Source: an uncultured Anaerolineaceae bacterium | Lineage (GTDB): Bacteria; Chloroflexota; Anaerolineae; Anaerolineales; E44-bin32 | Assembly: GCA_964448245.1 (NCBI GenBank) | Contig: CAYUWF010000002.1 | Coordinates: 1 to 46,400 of the forward strand | DNA length: 46,400 nucleotides | Direction of reading: 5' to 3' | In this document: positions 1-12,654 of the stretch, piece after piece | Layout of the letters: the number at the start of each line of letters is the position of its first letter | Numbering within the stretch: position 1 is the stretch's first letter | The notes under the pieces: generated by a model | The model's input: the letters and a program-made list of their open reading frames with translations, nothing else | Databases searched by the model: none | Told to the model about the DNA's origin: nothing | Made by a program: the position numbers and the translations under genes

Positions 1-247
1 TGGCACGAGCAGACCCCGGCCGGAACGATCGTCACCGTTGCCCTGCCCGCGGGCTAGTGTCCCGTTCCGGAAGTTCGCATCCGAATTGCCGCCCTCCTTC
101 GGAACCAGGGGTCAGATGTGAGAGTGGCGTATCAGCGAAACCATCAGGCGCGGCACCCGCGGGAGAACAAACGTGATGGCTCGACTCGGAATCATGCAGA
201 CGCAGCAGGTTCGCTGATCTCCGGAACGGGACACTAGGAGGCGACCC

Positions 248-781
248 ATGAGCAAACCCGTGTCGGTCGAGATCTACACCCAGAGCCATCGCGTCCTCGG
301 TCGGATCGAGGCTGGCCCAAGCGGGCTCTTCAGCCACCTCAACCTTCCGACGACCTCGATCATCGAGGTCGACGGCGCCCACCTCAATCGACTCCATCAA
401 CCGGGCCGGCTGGTGTCGCGCTACACGTCGATGTGGCTGGTCAAGCGCGAGATCGTCATGGTGGTCCTGTCCAGCCGGGCCGAGGTCGGGTCGGTCAGCA
501 TCTCGCGCGGGGGGTTCACCACCACCGTCCCGCACTGGGTCCATATCCTGCTGGGCGGGTACGAGCTGCGCGGCCTATTTGAGGCAGCCGGGAAATTCAA
601 TGCCGGCGCGACGCTCTTCGAAGGCGACCGCCTCTTCGTCCCGCTGTATTCCGCCGAACTGACGGCGATTCTCTTCCCGAACGTCGTCGCCAGCTCGCCC
701 GCCATACTTTTCAACCGCAACATGGTCGACTCGATGGCGCTTCTTCCCCGCGAGGAAATCCCCCAGCAGCCGGGAAGTTAG
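248..781 (+). CDS. Conserved hypothetical protein (DUF6812-like)
   Basis: 177-aa ORF with AGGAGG RBS and high-GC3 codons; family recalled, not searched. Confidence 0.7.
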   Translation: MSKPVSVEIYTQSHRVLGRIEAGPSGLFSHLNLPTTSIIEVDGAHLNRLHQPGRLVSRYTSMWLVKREIVMVVLSSRAEVGSVSISRGGFTTTVPHWVHILLGGYELRGLFEAAGKFNAGATLFEGDRLFVPLYSAELTAILFPNVVASSPAILFNRNMVDSMALLPREEIPQQPGS

Positions 782-827
782 ATTGCTTGGGCACCTGGGC
801 ACCTCGGCCCTGGGGATTCGGGACTTA

Positions 828-1063
828 GTAGGCTACGGAAAAATGGCTACGCTCGTCAAACCCCCACCCCTTACCCTCGTGACACTTGCACCCCCTGGCA
901 CCGCCCGCCAGGGCAGGTGTGCGGCGCACGCAGGTGCGGTGCAGGTGAGCAACCCGAAGGGGCTCCCCCTGCGCCCGCCGCGCCCCGCGTCCCTGGGATT
1001 CCTGCGGGGGGAGGGGATCCCATTTCTGGGGGGTGGGGGGAAGAGGGTTTTTCAGCAACCTGC
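828..1063. mobile_element. MITE-like element with terminal inverted repeats
   Basis: Left end GTAGGCTACGGAAAAA; right end TTTTTCAGCAACCTGC (revcomp GCAGGTTGCTGAAAAA); TA on both flanks; hairpin-rich non-coding interior. Confidence 0.55.
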
Positions 1064-1167
1064 TAAGAGCTTCGCCACATGGCGCTTATGACCGTGGACA
1101 CCTAGAATCCTGGTTGCCTAGGTGCCACGGTGCCTAGGTGCCTGCGGTTGAATGTCAAGGGGGTTTG

Positions 1168-3423
1168 ATGGTCCTGCCATGGCTCGCCGCGGCCTGCATC
1201 GTCGGAGTCGCGGCTGCGGCGGACCTTCCCTTCCTGCCCTGGCAGTGGGCCTCGCTCGCCGCCGTCGCCGGCCTGGCGGCCACGGCCACGCGCCGGGAGC
1301 CTCGCCTCGGCTGGACCTTCCTGGCGGCCTGTTGCTTTTTCCTGGGGGCGCTGCGCGCATCCGCGGCCGAGCAGCGTCGAGAAGAAGCGACCATCACTCC
1401 TTTCATCCGGACCACAGCAACGGTGGATCTTCAAGGTATCGTCCTCAGCGCGCCGTCGTCCTGGGGCGACAGCTACACCTTCGACCTGCAGGCCGAATGG
1501 ATCGCCGCCTTGGGCGAGGCGGCCGGCTCTTCGGCCGACGGGAAGGTCGCGGTCCTCTCTGCCACGCTGCTGCCGGCCCGCCGCGGGGAGAGCGTGGTCG
1601 TGCGCGGGCGACTGCGCGATCCTTCGCGCCTGGAAGGCCCGCGTGCCTCGGCGGTGATCGAGGCCGTCTCGCTACGCCGCCTGTCTTCCCCTCCGGTCTT
1701 CCACCCCGCCGCCCTTCTCGATGACCTGCGCGACCGCATCGTCGATCGTCTTCACCGGGTTCTTCCTGCCGGTGAGGCGTCCCTGGTGGCGGGCGTCCTG
1801 CTGGGAGCTGATGAACAGATGCCAGAGAACGTCCAGGAGGCCTTCCGGGCGACCGGCACGGCGCACATCCTGGCGGTCTCCGGGTTCAACGTGACGATTG
1901 TCGCCGCGGCCGCGGCCGCGGTCTTCGGGAATCTGCTGGGTGCGCGCCGCGGCGCGATGGCGACGGCCGCAGCCATCTTCTTCTATACCTTGCTGTGCGG
2001 CGCCGAGGCCGCCGTCGTGCGCGCGGCGATCATGGCCGGCGTGGCGCTCATCGCTTTGCGGCTCGGCCGGCAGACCGCGGCCCTGGCATCGCTGGCCGCG
2101 GCGGCGATGATCATGAGTTTGTTAGACCCGGGAGTCATCTACGATGTTGGTTTCCAGCTGTCCTTCCTGGCCACGCTCGGGTTAGTGGTGGCCGGGCGGC
2201 CGGCGCAGGAGGCGATCCGCCGCTGGGGAGAAAGAGCCATCCCTCACGACGAGGCGCGGTCGGTGGCGGTCCTTTTCGGCGAGCTCGCCCTCTTGTCGCT
2301 GGTGGCACAGATCGCGACCCTCCCGCTCTCGGCTGCCGTGTTCCACCGACTACCCCTGACGGCTCTTCCGGCGAACGCCCTGATCCTCCCGGCACAACCT
2401 CTCCTGATGGCTACCGGCGCGGCGACCGCCCTGGCCTCGTTGGTCAGCCTGCCGCTCGGGAGCGTTGTGGCGTGGCTCGCGTGGCCATTCGCGGCCTTCA
2501 CGATTCGGGTGGCCGAGTTGTTCGCCTCCCTGCCGGGAGCCAGCCTGCCATTGGCACCCTTTGCCTCAGGCTACCTGTTCCTGGCATACGCCGCGCTCGG
2601 CGGCTTGTTCTTGGCGGCGAAGTTGCCGAAGGCCAGGGAAGCCGGGGCTTCCCTGATTCGCCTTGGAGGGCCGGCATGGCTTGTCTGCCTGGCGGCCCTG
2701 ACGACGCTTTCCTGGCGGGCGGCTGTGGAAAAGCCGGATGGGCGGCTCCACGTGACGGCCTTCCCCGGTGGGGAAGTTCTGGTCGAAACGCCCACCGGGC
2801 GATTCCTCGCAGTGAGCGCCGGGCCTTCGCCCCGAAGCCTGCAGGAGTCCCTCGACGGCCGACTTCCCCTCTCTCACCCCGCCCTCGACTGGCTCATACT
2901 GACCCACCCGGGGATCTCCGCCGAAGGCGCGATCCAGTCCCTAGGCCCTCACGCTCCCCAGGGGGTTCTGCTGAGTGAGGGCGCCGGCCTGGAGGGCGAG
3001 GGACAGGAGGACCGCTCCCGGGTCGCCATCGTCCGCGCTGTTCCGGGGATGGCGCTGGATCTGGGGAAAGGAGCCCGGCTGGAGGTGGTCGCGCCGGCCC
3101 ACGAACGGACGACGCTTCTCATCACGTACGGCTTGGCGGTGATCGTCGTCTCGGAGAGCGACGACCTCGCCTCGGGAGCGCCGTTTCGGCCTCCGCAGTC
3201 GGCGGCGGTGGTCCTGCTGGGCGCCGGGCGGCAGGTGGCCAGATCCCTCCAGGAAGACTGGTCGGTGCTGAGACCGGTGATCCTGGTCGCCTCCCCGCTT
3301 CCCGGGGATCCGTTCCCGGCGGAGCTCGCGGGCCCGACGATCCTGGCGACCTCCAGCCGCGGCTGGGTCCGCCTGTCGACCGACGGACGCCGCCTCGAGG
3401 TCCGGGCAGAGCGCGCTCCCTGA
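1168..3423 (+). CDS. comEC: ComEC/Rec2 competence protein
   Basis: Competence motifs TGTAHILAVSGFNV, VRAAIMA, DVGFQLSFLAT; degenerate C-terminal metallo-beta-lactamase-like part; start could be 1138. Confidence 0.9.
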   Translation: MVLPWLAAACIVGVAAAADLPFLPWQWASLAAVAGLAATATRREPRLGWTFLAACCFFLGALRASAAEQRREEATITPFIRTTATVDLQGIVLSAPSSWGDSYTFDLQAEWIAALGEAAGSSADGKVAVLSATLLPARRGESVVVRGRLRDPSRLEGPRASAVIEAVSLRRLSSPPVFHPAALLDDLRDRIVDRLHRVLPAGEASLVAGVLLGADEQMPENVQEAFRATGTAHILAVSGFNVTIVAAAAAAVFGNLLGARRGAMATAAAIFFYTLLCGAEAAVVRAAIMAGVALIALRLGRQTAALASLAAAAMIMSLLDPGVIYDVGFQLSFLATLGLVVAGRPAQEAIRRWGERAIPHDEARSVAVLFGELALLSLVAQIATLPLSAAVFHRLPLTALPANALILPAQPLLMATGAATALASLVSLPLGSVVAWLAWPFAAFTIRVAELFASLPGASLPLAPFASGYLFLAYAALGGLFLAAKLPKAREAGASLIRLGGPAWLVCLAALTTLSWRAAVEKPDGRLHVTAFPGGEVLVETPTGRFLAVSAGPSPRSLQESLDGRLPLSHPALDWLILTHPGISAEGAIQSLGPHAPQGVLLSEGAGLEGEGQEDRSRVAIVRAVPGMALDLGKGARLEVVAPAHERTTLLITYGLAVIVVSESDDLASGAPFRPPQSAAVVLLGAGRQVARSLQEDWSVLRPVILVASPLPGDPFPAELAGPTILATSSRGWVRLSTDGRRLEVRAERAP

Positions 3424-3444
3424 GTCCGCAGGCCTCGCTCCCAA

Positions 3445-3640
3445 GCGGGTTACTGAAAAACCCTCTTGCCACTTCACCCCCCGACCCCCTCTCCGCGGAC
3501 AGGGCCCGGGTGCATACAGAGTCGTGGCGCAGAGGCCCTCCGCTTCGCTACGGGCGGCTCCGCGCGGGGAAGAGATCTGGGGGGTGGGGAGAGCAAAGCT
3601 CCCCCCACCCCCCAGAAATAGGATCCCCTCCCCCTAGGCC
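3445..3640. repeat. Partial MITE end plus palindromic intergenic repeats
   Basis: GCGGGTTACTGAAAAACCCTCTT matches the revcomp of 1041-1063; hairpin GGGGTGGGGAGAGC-AAA-GCTCCCCCCACCCC resembles 6976-7009. Confidence 0.55.
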
Positions 3641-3748
3641 TTACAGCGACGTTACACGGGCTGGTCTTTGTCGGCCCTCTGCAAGGCTGTCGTTTCGAAG
3701 ACGTATGGCATAATTCTCACGGATTCGAAATCCCGGAAGGAGGTGGGC

Positions 3749-4222
3749 ATGGGACCCGATGGAAACAAGCCGGCACAGGCGACGCTCTCGCGCGAAGCCG
3801 CGTTGAGCAGCGCTCTCAGCCGCCTTTCCTGGCCGGATCTCGACCTGCGCTGGGCGACCTTGGTTGATTACAATGGCTTTCTTCTTGCCAGTTATCCGCC
3901 CGAAGGGCAGTTCGATCCGACTCAGGCCGCCGCGGCGACGGCGCACATGCTGATCGCGGGGGATCGAGCTCGCAAGGAGATCGAGATGGGTAAGTGGCGT
4001 TTCACCCTGATGGTCGGCTCGGAGATGCAGCACCTAGCCGTGTCGATCAACCGGGAATGCGTGCTGGCGATCGGGATGGGGCCGATGGCGCCGCTGGGGA
4101 CAGCGATGAACGCCGTCCGCGAGATCGTGCCCGACCTGGCGCGGGACCTCGACCTGGCCTCCCGCCGCTATACCGAGACCAACACCATCCTGTGGCGCCC
4201 GGGGGATTTGAGGCCGAAGTAG
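3749..4222 (+). CDS. Roadblock/LC7 (MglB-like) domain protein
   Basis: ATLVDYNGFLLAS and AAAATAHML pattern; GGAGG before ATG 3749. Confidence 0.7.
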   Translation: MGPDGNKPAQATLSREAALSSALSRLSWPDLDLRWATLVDYNGFLLASYPPEGQFDPTQAAAATAHMLIAGDRARKEIEMGKWRFTLMVGSEMQHLAVSINRECVLAIGMGPMAPLGTAMNAVREIVPDLARDLDLASRRYTETNTILWRPGDLRPK

Positions 4223-4347
4223 CGCGGACCCATCCACACGCCTTTTCCGACGCTGATCCCAAACGGCCCGGCTCAGGAGGCCGGGCCGTACCCTTGCGTC
4301 GAAACCGACAGGAACCCTGGCGGCTTCCTGGAAGCCTCAGGATCGCG

Positions 4348-4410
4348 CCCCTCACCCCAACCCTCCCTCCGCCTCGCTGCGGGACTGTAGTCTCCCCTGC
4401 GGGGAGAGGG
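4348..4410. repeat. REP-like CCCTCACCCC...CTCCC...GGGAGAGGG element
   Basis: Same motif family as 7060-7092 and 15600-15731; lies between convergent genes. Confidence 0.55.
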
Positions 4411-4416
4411 AGCCGT

Positions 4417-6594
<2,178 letters not shown>

Positions 6595-6829
6595 TGGATC
6601 CTCGCGATCTCACCTTAACTATATCCCCGAGGGGGGATTCTTGACAAGGCCGGTCGGAAAAGCCGTGGGGCAACTCAGTCTTGCGTAACACCGGACTCAG
6701 CCGGCCCCATGCGTATGCCTCTTGGCCCTCCCCGGAACGAGTTCAGTCCCCGTTTGGCGACACGGCAGGGGAACGGTAGGAGAGTCAAGAGCCGACGCGG
6801 GACACTCCTACCAATGGACCCTCAATCAC

Positions 6830-7095
6830 AATCCCCCCAGGAAGAGCTCCCCGAGGGATGCTTGAATTCCAGGAGATGTGCACCGAAGCTCCCTCCACCT
6901 CACCCCCTACCCCCTCTCCGCCGAGAGCAGGCGGTCACATGAAAAACTTCTGGCGGAGAGGGGGTGGAAAGTCTGAGGGATGGGGGGAGCCTTGCTCCCC
7001 CCATCCCTCAGGTATATCCTGCCCTCCCCCTGCAGGACTCCCGTGACCGCAAGGCCCACGTCGTGCAGGGGGAGGGGTTAGGGGTGGGGGTCCTA
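6830..7095. repeat. Cluster of palindromic REP-like repeats
   Basis: Several GC hairpins, e.g. GAGGGATGGGGGGAGC-CTT-GCTCCCCCCATCCCTC; related to 3470-3640. Confidence 0.55.
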
Positions 7096-7240
7096 CGAAA
7101 GATCTCTATGCGACTTGTTAGGGGCGGAGGAGGGCTTTGAGGACTGCTTCGCTTTCGCGCGGCTCCGGGCAGGAAGGCGGGGGCGGCGATGCCGCCCCCG
7201 CCTTCGCATCATCGAAGACAAGGGATGTTCCGGCCTACTG

Positions 7241-8254
7241 CTACGGCGTCAATGTCGGCAACGGGAGAAGAAATGGATTGTCGTTCGGGACAAGCATCAC
7301 CTGGATCCCGGGAGCCAGCTTCAAGACGTAGTTGTAGGTGATCAGATCCGGGTTCCCGGCCAGAGCCGCCGCGATCAGCTCGAGGGCCCTCGCTTCTGCC
7401 TCGGCCTCCAGCAGGCGGGCCTTGGCGCGGCCTTCGGCGGCGATGACCGCCGCGTCGGCCTGGCCCTGGGCCGTCTGCCGTGCCTGCTCGGCCTCCTGCT
7501 TACGCTGCTCGACGATAAGGGCCGCCTGCTGCGCTAATTGCTCGGCGATCTGCTTTTGCTCCACGGAGGCGGCGTACTCCGGTGAGAAGGTGATGTTGCG
7601 CAGGACGAAGTCGACCAGGATCAGCCCGTTGTCCGACAGCTTCTGCCTCAAGTTCGTTTCCATACTGCTCTTGAAGGCATCGCGCTCGGAGGTGACGATT
7701 TGTTCGACGCCGAACTGCGAGGTGGCATCGCGGATGATGCCGCGCGCCTGCGGCCGGACGAGCTCGTCGGTGTAGCGGTTCTTCCAATCGATGTGGATGT
7801 CGATGACCTTCTCCGGGTCGATGGCGAAGATGACCGAGGCGTCAATGAACAACTGCTGGCCGTCCGACGTCCGCGCCGTGACCGAGTCGTCCCCGGCAAC
7901 CGCGCCCTCGCTCGGGGCGATCGACATGGTGTAGGTCTGGCGCGAAATCGGGTAGGTAACGACGTTCTCCAGGAATGGAACAACCCAACGCAGCCCGGGC
8001 TGCAGCGCCTCCTCCCGGTAGCCCTTGGGCGCCAGGGCCGAAATCACCACACCGCGTTCCTCCGGCTGCACGAACACCAGGCCGGCGCTGACAACCGTCA
8101 GCACGACGGCCAAGCCGATCATCCCCAGGATCAAGGCGGCGCCCGACTTGATCGGCTTGCCCCGGCCGGCGCGCGAAACGACGATGGCGATCACCGCCAA
8201 AGCTCCGAGCCAGGCAACGGTGCTCATGGCACGCATCACTTCTTCGACATTCAT
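7241..8254 (-). CDS. SPFH/prohibitin (band 7) membrane protein
   Basis: Two N-terminal TM helices, LQPGLRWVVPF, ARTSDGQQ, VLRNITFS and a coiled coil; GGAGG before ATG 8254. Confidence 0.88.
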   Translation of the reverse strand: MNVEEVMRAMSTVAWLGALAVIAIVVSRAGRGKPIKSGAALILGMIGLAVVLTVVSAGLVFVQPEERGVVISALAPKGYREEALQPGLRWVVPFLENVVTYPISRQTYTMSIAPSEGAVAGDDSVTARTSDGQQLFIDASVIFAIDPEKVIDIHIDWKNRYTDELVRPQARGIIRDATSQFGVEQIVTSERDAFKSSMETNLRQKLSDNGLILVDFVLRNITFSPEYAASVEQKQIAEQLAQQAALIVEQRKQEAEQARQTAQGQADAAVIAAEGRAKARLLEAEAEARALELIAAALAGNPDLITYNYVLKLAPGIQVMLVPNDNPFLLPLPTLTP

Positions 8255-8395
8255 GGAATCCCTCCGCGAATCACTTGCGATTCTCTGATTCGGCAACGGG
8301 ATTATAGCATGCGGGTCCTCCGCCTCCCCGACAGCAGGCTGACGGTTGGGCCCACCCCCTGCCTGGATCCTGCCTCGCTTGGGGAGATTCCATTC

Positions 8396-10462
8396 TCAGT
8401 TGCAGAAAAGGTCGTGTATCACGGGGACCATCTCTGCCGGCAGCTCATACCCGGGGTGCTGGTTCTCGTACAGAGTGTGGCACGCCTGGCGCCGGTCGGC
8501 TGGGTTGACATTCACCTTCGAGCCAACCTTCCGAATCTCCTCGACCATGCCGAGCCGGGCGTAGGCGCGCGCGAAGGGCATCCACTCGATACCTTCGTTC
8601 GGCGACTGGTCTTCCTGCTCGGCCTGCTCGGCAAGACGGACGACTTCCTCAAAGTCTCCCCGCTGCAGCGCCAACTCGGCCTTCTCGAAGAAGTAGCACC
8701 AACCGTGGACCGGCTCCGGACCAAAGAGCCAGTCCGGGGCGGTCGCTCCGTGAGTTTCGACATCGATCATTTCTGCCCTTGAGTATTGCGCCGCAAGCGC
8801 GATCTCGGGAGGGTCCTCGACCGACAGAAGGGGCCAACGCCCATCGATCACCCGGACGCACGTTCCGGGTCGCGACTGGCTCATCACCAACACCTTTCCG
8901 AAGTCCACCGGGATCGTGTACGTCCGGTAGGTCACAGGCCCGACGTTTGCCCCAGAAGCGATTTCGTCTAGGATGAAGCCAGAAACCTCCAGGGCGGAAA
9001 TCTCATAGCGGACGGGCACAACCTTGCTGGGCGAGGCATCGTAGATAAGGTTGGCCGGCCCCCAGACGATGCTGCCATCTCCACCATAGTCGAACGAAGG
9101 GTACTTGACAAAAAGCGTGGTTCCGGGCTTGAGGTCCGGAACGCGCCACGTGACTTGCTGCCAGAAGCGAGCCGTCTCTGATTGCTCGATGAGCGCTCTG
9201 GTTGCGACGGCGTGGTGGGTGAGGGTGGCGATGGCCAAGAGCCCGGCCAGGATCATCCAGCGCACTTGCAGGAGACGGATCAGCTGCAATAGCCCGACCA
9301 CGGCGATGGCGGCCGCCATCGACCCGGGCAGCGCGTAATGCGAGTAGGCGTCGAAAGTGACCGTCCGGTTGGTCACGACGATCGGGAGGACCGCCGCCGC
9401 GAGTCCGAGGACTCCGATGGAAAGCATTTCCACCCCGACGGACTCCCCTCCCTGACTCTCCTCGCTCGGCTGGCTCTCGAACGAGGGTTGTCGCCGCGAC
9501 GTCCACCAGCGGAGCCACGCCAGCCCCGCCACGACAGCGACGGCCTTGGCGAATCCGAGGCCGATGTCCCGCAATCGCAACCCGTAGAACAGGTCGTTCA
9601 GACTACTACCCCAGGCGAACAGCCCAACATTGGTCGCGCTTCGAATGAAGCTCACCATCCAGCGGAGGGTCGTCAGGTATGGATCACGGCCAAGGACTCC
9701 GAACTGCGCCGCGAGGTTCGTCGCCGGGCGTGTGTTCTCGAAAACAAGCAGACGCCATGTGAGGAACCCGATCGGGATGATGATCGACGGCAGCCAGCTT
9801 CTTACCGCCACACCCGTCCGCTCCCCGACGGAGGAGAAGGAGCGCTGTTGGCCCACGACGATGTACACACAGAGAAAACGGAGGACCTCGGCGCCGATGG
9901 CGTATTCGACAAGGGCGAGATAGGCCCATCCTGTCATCACGGCGCCGGACCAATAGAGCCAGCGCCGTCCGTCCGAGCGGGTCTGGAGCGCAACCACGGT
10001 CAGGGTGATGGAGACCACTTGCAGCAGAAGGCTCAGCATCATCGGAAGGTACTCAATCCCGGCCACCCACCACAGGTATCCAGGATACAGGACGAAGAGG
10101 AGCGCTCCCCCCAAGGCGGCGCTTCCCCGGGCAGGCCACAATCGGAGAAACAACCAGAACGCGGTTAGTCCCGAGAGGAGCCGTAGGAGGAACGAGATGA
10201 AGTTGTAGGGCAGAGGGCTGGCCCCAAAGACCGAGAAGAGCCAGGCGAAAACCATGCCACGGGCCGGACGGTCTCCCTCGAACATCGCATGGAAGACCGT
10301 GGGTCCCGCAGAAAGACCGTCCAGCATGTAGTACCAGTCATCCCGATAGTAAGTCAGGCGCAGTACGCTCGGCAGGTAGGCGATGACGGTCACGAACACG
10401 ATCAGCGCGAACCCTACTAGGTCCCTCGATCTCGCCGGAGCGGGGCTTATGGACTCCCCCAT
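8396..10462 (-). CDS. Polytopic membrane protein, GT-C glycosyltransferase-like
   Basis: YYRDDWY loop after TM1, about 10 TM helices, extracellular C-terminal domain. Confidence 0.6.
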   Translation of the reverse strand: MGESISPAPARSRDLVGFALIVFVTVIAYLPSVLRLTYYRDDWYYMLDGLSAGPTVFHAMFEGDRPARGMVFAWLFSVFGASPLPYNFISFLLRLLSGLTAFWLFLRLWPARGSAALGGALLFVLYPGYLWWVAGIEYLPMMLSLLLQVVSITLTVVALQTRSDGRRWLYWSGAVMTGWAYLALVEYAIGAEVLRFLCVYIVVGQQRSFSSVGERTGVAVRSWLPSIIIPIGFLTWRLLVFENTRPATNLAAQFGVLGRDPYLTTLRWMVSFIRSATNVGLFAWGSSLNDLFYGLRLRDIGLGFAKAVAVVAGLAWLRWWTSRRQPSFESQPSEESQGGESVGVEMLSIGVLGLAAAVLPIVVTNRTVTFDAYSHYALPGSMAAAIAVVGLLQLIRLLQVRWMILAGLLAIATLTHHAVATRALIEQSETARFWQQVTWRVPDLKPGTTLFVKYPSFDYGGDGSIVWGPANLIYDASPSKVVPVRYEISALEVSGFILDEIASGANVGPVTYRTYTIPVDFGKVLVMSQSRPGTCVRVIDGRWPLLSVEDPPEIALAAQYSRAEMIDVETHGATAPDWLFGPEPVHGWCYFFEKAELALQRGDFEEVVRLAEQAEQEDQSPNEGIEWMPFARAYARLGMVEEIRKVGSKVNVNPADRRQACHTLYENQHPGYELPAEMVPVIHDLFCN

Positions 10463-10472
10463 GGGTACTTGG

Positions 10473-10919
10473 CTAGGGCACACCGCGCTCGAGGACGATC
10501 GTCACCGGCCCGTCGTTCTCGATCTCGACCAGCATGTGAGCGCCGAAGACGCCCAGCCGGGTGGTGATGCCGGCCTGTTGGAGCCAGTCGGCGTAGCGCC
10601 GCACCAACGGCTCGGCCTCGGCCGGGTCGGCGGCGTCGAGGAAGCTCGGGCGTCTGCCCTTGGCGGCGTCGGCATAGAGCGTGAACTGCGAGACCACCAG
10701 GGCTTCCCCGCCGACCTCGAGCAGCGACCGATTCATCTTGCCGTTCTCGTCTTCGAAAACGCGCAGGACGGAGGTCTTTTCCGCCAGCGCATCGGCCTCG
10801 GCGGCTGTGTCGCCGCGCCCGACGCCGAGCAAGATCACCAGCCCGGGTCCGATCTCGGCGACGACCTGGCCGTCCACCGAGACCCGGCCGCGGCGCACGC
10901 GCTGCAGGACAACCCGCAT
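10473..10919 (-). CDS. dtd: D-aminoacyl-tRNA deacylase
   Basis: [20 protein letters not shown] motifs. Confidence 0.95.
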   Translation of the reverse strand: MRVVLQRVRRGRVSVDGQVVAEIGPGLVILLGVGRGDTAAEADALAEKTSVLRVFEDENGKMNRSLLEVGGEALVVSQFTLYADAAKGRRPSFLDAADPAEAEPLVRRYADWLQQAGITTRLGVFGAHMLVEIENDGPVTIVLERGVP

Positions 10920-10931
10920 GCGCCGCGCGCC

Positions 10932-11921
10932 TCAGGCCAGCCCGACGGCCTGGCGTACCTCGGTCATCGTCTCGACGGCGATTCGCCGGGCGCGTTCGGC
11001 GCCGTCGGCCAGCACCGCCTCGACGTAGCCGGGTCGGGCGGCCAACTCTTCCCGTCGCGCCCGGAAAGGCGCCAGGTGGGCGTTGAGGCTGGCGGCGAAG
11101 ATCTGCTTGCACTCGACGCAGCCGATGCCCGCCCGGCGGCACTCGACGTTGATCATCGCCACCTGCTCGGGCGGGGTGAAGATCTTCTCCAGGGTGAAGA
11201 CGTTGCACACGTCGGGGTTGCCGGGATCGGTCCGGCGGGCGCGGGCCGGATCGGTGACCATCGTCATGACGCGGGCGGTGGTCGCCTCGGGCGTCGCCGC
11301 CAGCTCGATGTGGTTGTCGAGGCTCTTGCTCATCTTCTGCTGCCCGTCGGTGCCCAGTACCTTGAGGACTTCGGTGTGCTTGACCTCCGGTTCGACCAGC
11401 ACCTTGCGCCCGAAACGGTGGTTGAAGGAGCGCACGATCTCACGCGAGAACTCCACGTGCGGCGCCTGGTCGAGGCCGACCGGGACCACATTGGCCTTGT
11501 ACAGGACAATGTCGGCCGTCATCAGCACCGGATACCCGACCAGCCCGTAGTTGATATTGTGGGGCTGCAGGCGGGCTTTCTCCTTGAAGGTTGGCAGGTC
11601 AGTCAGCTTGCCCAAGGGGGTCACCATCGACAGGATGGTGTGCAGTTCGGTCACCTCGGGCACCTGCGATTGGACGAAGACGATCGACTCCTCCGGCCGG
11701 ATGCCGGCCGCCAGGAAATCGAGCACCATCTCGCGGGTGTTCTCCTTGAGATCGGCCGTCGTCTCGAGGGTCGTCAGCGCGTGAAGATCGACCACGCAGT
11801 AGATGCAATCGTAGTCGTCCTGTAATGCGACGTAGTTCTGGATGGCGCCCAGGTAGTTACCCAGGTGCTGGCGGCCCGTGGGCCGGGCACCGGAGAACAC
11901 CCTGCCTTTCTTCTTGGCCAC
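10932..11921 (-). CDS. trpS: Tryptophan-tRNA ligase
   Basis: RPTGRQHLGNY, YPVLMTADI, VPVGLDQAPH, KMSKS. Confidence 0.95.
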   Translation of the reverse strand: MAKKKGRVFSGARPTGRQHLGNYLGAIQNYVALQDDYDCIYCVVDLHALTTLETTADLKENTREMVLDFLAAGIRPEESIVFVQSQVPEVTELHTILSMVTPLGKLTDLPTFKEKARLQPHNINYGLVGYPVLMTADIVLYKANVVPVGLDQAPHVEFSREIVRSFNHRFGRKVLVEPEVKHTEVLKVLGTDGQQKMSKSLDNHIELAATPEATTARVMTMVTDPARARRTDPGNPDVCNVFTLEKIFTPPEQVAMINVECRRAGIGCVECKQIFAASLNAHLAPFRARREELAARPGYVEAVLADGAERARRIAVETMTEVRQAVGLA

Positions 11922-11922
11922 G

Positions 11923-12171
11923 TTACGATCCCTTCCCGAGGGCCTTCTCCACCAGGCTCAGAACCTCCCCTGGCTCGGGATGCCGGCCGAGAGCCGCCTT
12001 GGAGAACACCAGCCGGTCGTTCAGCGACACCTCGAAGCGACCGCCGGACGAGGGCACCAGCTCCAGCGAGCCCAGCCTGACCTCATGGACCTTCAACAGT
12101 TCGGCCGCCAGACCGACGGCCCGCTCGGTATAGTGTCAGGCCGTGCAGTATTCGATGTGGATCGCGTTCAT
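11923..12171 (-). CDS. Rdx/SelW-family selenoprotein (CxxU), 82 aa
   Basis: AAGGAG RBS, then MNAIHIEYCTA-TGA(12136-12138)-HYTERAVGLAAELL...PSSGGRFEV...VFSK...GRHPEPGEV; absent from the ORF track because of the in-frame UGA. Confidence 0.88.
12103..12121 (-). promoter_or_regulatory. Putative bacterial SECIS hairpin
   Basis: GGCCGUC-GGUCU-GGCGGCC stem-loop; loop begins 21 nt after the UGA. Confidence 0.65.
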
Positions 12172-12269
12172 CAGATTGGCTCCTTACCTTGAGTATAACG
12201 CCTGAGGTGTGAGACGCCGGACGGCCGTCGGCCCGAGGCAATCTCCCTCTGAAAGGCCTGAGGGATTCC

Positions 12270-12490
12270 CACCTGCACTTGGCAGCTGCGCTCCCAGCGC
12301 AGGAGCAAGTGTCCGCCCGGAGCCTGTCCTGAGCGAGGCGAAGGGGGCCTTCGCGCAGCTTCCCGTAGAGGCGGAATGATCGGGTTGAGATGATTTCCGG
12401 ACCAAACACCTTCTCCAACGGTCATTCCGAGCAGCCCCACGGGGCCGCGACACCTGCGCCTGCAGCTGCGCCGCAGGCGCAGGTGCAGGT
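12270..12490. repeat. Nested CACCTG/CAGGTG palindromes and a CCCTTCG...CTCAGG-CAGG repeat
   Basis: CACCTGCACTTG...GCAAGTG and CACCTGCGCCTGC...GCAGGCGCAGGTGCAGGTG, similar to 883-947; 12322-12347 revcomp reads CCCCTTCGCCTCGCTCAGGACAGGC. Confidence 0.5.
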
Positions 12491-12654
12491 GGGAACCCCC
12501 GATGCGCGCCATTGGCCCGGCAGCCTCGCACGAAGGTCGTCTGCCCGCAGGACCGCCCTCCGAATGAAGGATGATGAATGGGGTCCAGGGGAGGGACATC
12601 TCCCAACAAAACCCTTCACCCGGTTTGTGAGATAATCGACCAAGGAGGCTACCC

